A stretch of DNA of 64,000 bases from Diadema antillarum (taxonomy: Eukaryota). The notes under the pieces were generated by a model. That model was given only the letters and a program-made list of their open reading frames with translations. It was not told the DNA's origin and did no database searches. A program made the translations under genes and the position numbers. Positions 63,200 through 64,000 of the stretch are shown here, piece after piece. The stretch lies in NCBI RefSeq assembly GCF_040938485.1, contig NW_027271384.1, positions 3,534,001 through 3,598,000 on the forward strand. The letters are read 5' to 3'. Numbering within the stretch: the stretch's first letter is position 1; the number at the start of each line of letters is the position of its first letter.

Positions 63200-63347
63200 C
63201 ATCGGGATCAGATATAGTGAAACAGGCATCCTGGGCAAAGAGGTAATCCTCACTCTCCTGGCAGGGGTCGGGATCATCGGTAGATGTGCAGTCTGGCAGG
63301 AGTCCTGGGAGGAGCCAGCCGTTGCCAAAGTCCACTCCCCTGGTCAC
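63200..63347 (-). CDS. VWD C-terminal / C8 linker exon; upstream exons lie beyond the window
   Basis: VTRGVDFGNGWLLPGLLPDCTSTDDPDPCQESEDYLFAQDACFTISDPD; cttctgcAG / GTAAGC; 148 nt, phase 0-1. Confidence 0.9.
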
Positions 63348-64000
63348 CTGCAGAAGGGTCAGGGCGATAGGGGCCCATGATTATTAACACTCATTGGACA
63401 TCCTGAGGTAATGAGTCCACATGTTGTTGAATGTAATGGGACTATAGCATCGCTCATATCATGCCAGGAAAATATGGGGAATATCTTCTCTTCTCTCTCC
63501 TTCTTTTCTTTTTTTTATTCTATGAAAGCCATGATATAACACTCAAATAAATTATGAATAAACGAAGAAATATATCGTCGCAGGGGCCACAAGACCTCGT
63601 ATCTACAAAATGTCAAATGTTCAGGAGAGCCAAAAAACATGGCGGCCAAAGCACTGTGATGAATGGGATAGCCTTTCCTTTGACAAGCCGTGGTGGCTTC
63701 ATTTTTGGAGTAAGACATTTCGGATTTGGACAGGACATCACTTAACCTATTATTTGACCATTAATCCAAAAAAGTCATTTTCACCAAACTTGCAGATACA
63801 AGGTCTTGTCACCCCAGCGACGATATATACATTGTACATCAATGTATATGAAGGGATGGATGGGAGAGAAAATTGACAATAGGCCATATTCCATTACTAG
63901 TCTACTTTATCACTGCAAGTCATCTTATACACACTTAAACACAAAATACAATACATACAAATCCTATACTCACTTTAACACCAGCACACATTAATACACA

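Larger units (their letters stand above)
1..63347 (-). other. Giant multi-exon VWD-C8-TIL/EGF/mucin/FN3 glycoprotein locus (FCGBP/zonadhesin/gel-forming mucin-like); one gene or two tandem genes; incomplete at both ends
   Basis: 32 candidate minus-strand exons with GT-AG boundaries whose intron phases chain into one open frame (17,166 nt). Recognisable motifs: WGDPHY, CGLCG, C8 and TIL cysteine patterns, EGF and FN3. Confidence 0.85.

Overview
Eukaryotic, intron-rich, AT-rich genomic DNA. It is most likely echinoderm (sea-urchin-like), judged from a pre-miRNA that I recall as echinoderm miR-2006 and from the repeat landscape. The minus strand carries up to 32 frame-compatible coding exons (about 17.2 kb CDS, about 5,700 codons, open at both window ends) of a giant secreted or surface glycoprotein of the FCGBP/zonadhesin/gel-forming-mucin type. 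In transcript order: the end of a VWD domain, then C8-TIL-TILa/EGF; a 36-nt Thr exon; an 11,796-nt single Thr/Ser/Asp-rich exon with three tandem-repeat tiers; a 456-nt Thr exon; a cassette of duplicated phase-1 micro-exons; an 18.5-kb gap; two complete VWD-C8-TIL-TILa/EGF units; four FN3 + Cx8C exons; and a new Thr/Ser-rich exon running off position 1. The 18.5-kb gap is not empty. It holds a CpG-rich promoter-like island with apparently divergent spliced leaders (24-26 kb) and a plus-strand TATA-preceded pre-miRNA (28.2 kb). It is therefore unresolved whether this is one gene or two tandem paralogues. Introns contain piggyBac-, Kolobok/T2- and Harbinger-like MITEs, a LINE-type 3' tail and many microsatellites. 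No rRNA, tRNA, CRISPR array or transposase ORF was found. All exon boundaries were read by eye from GT-AG signals and frame continuity, and none is transcript-validated.
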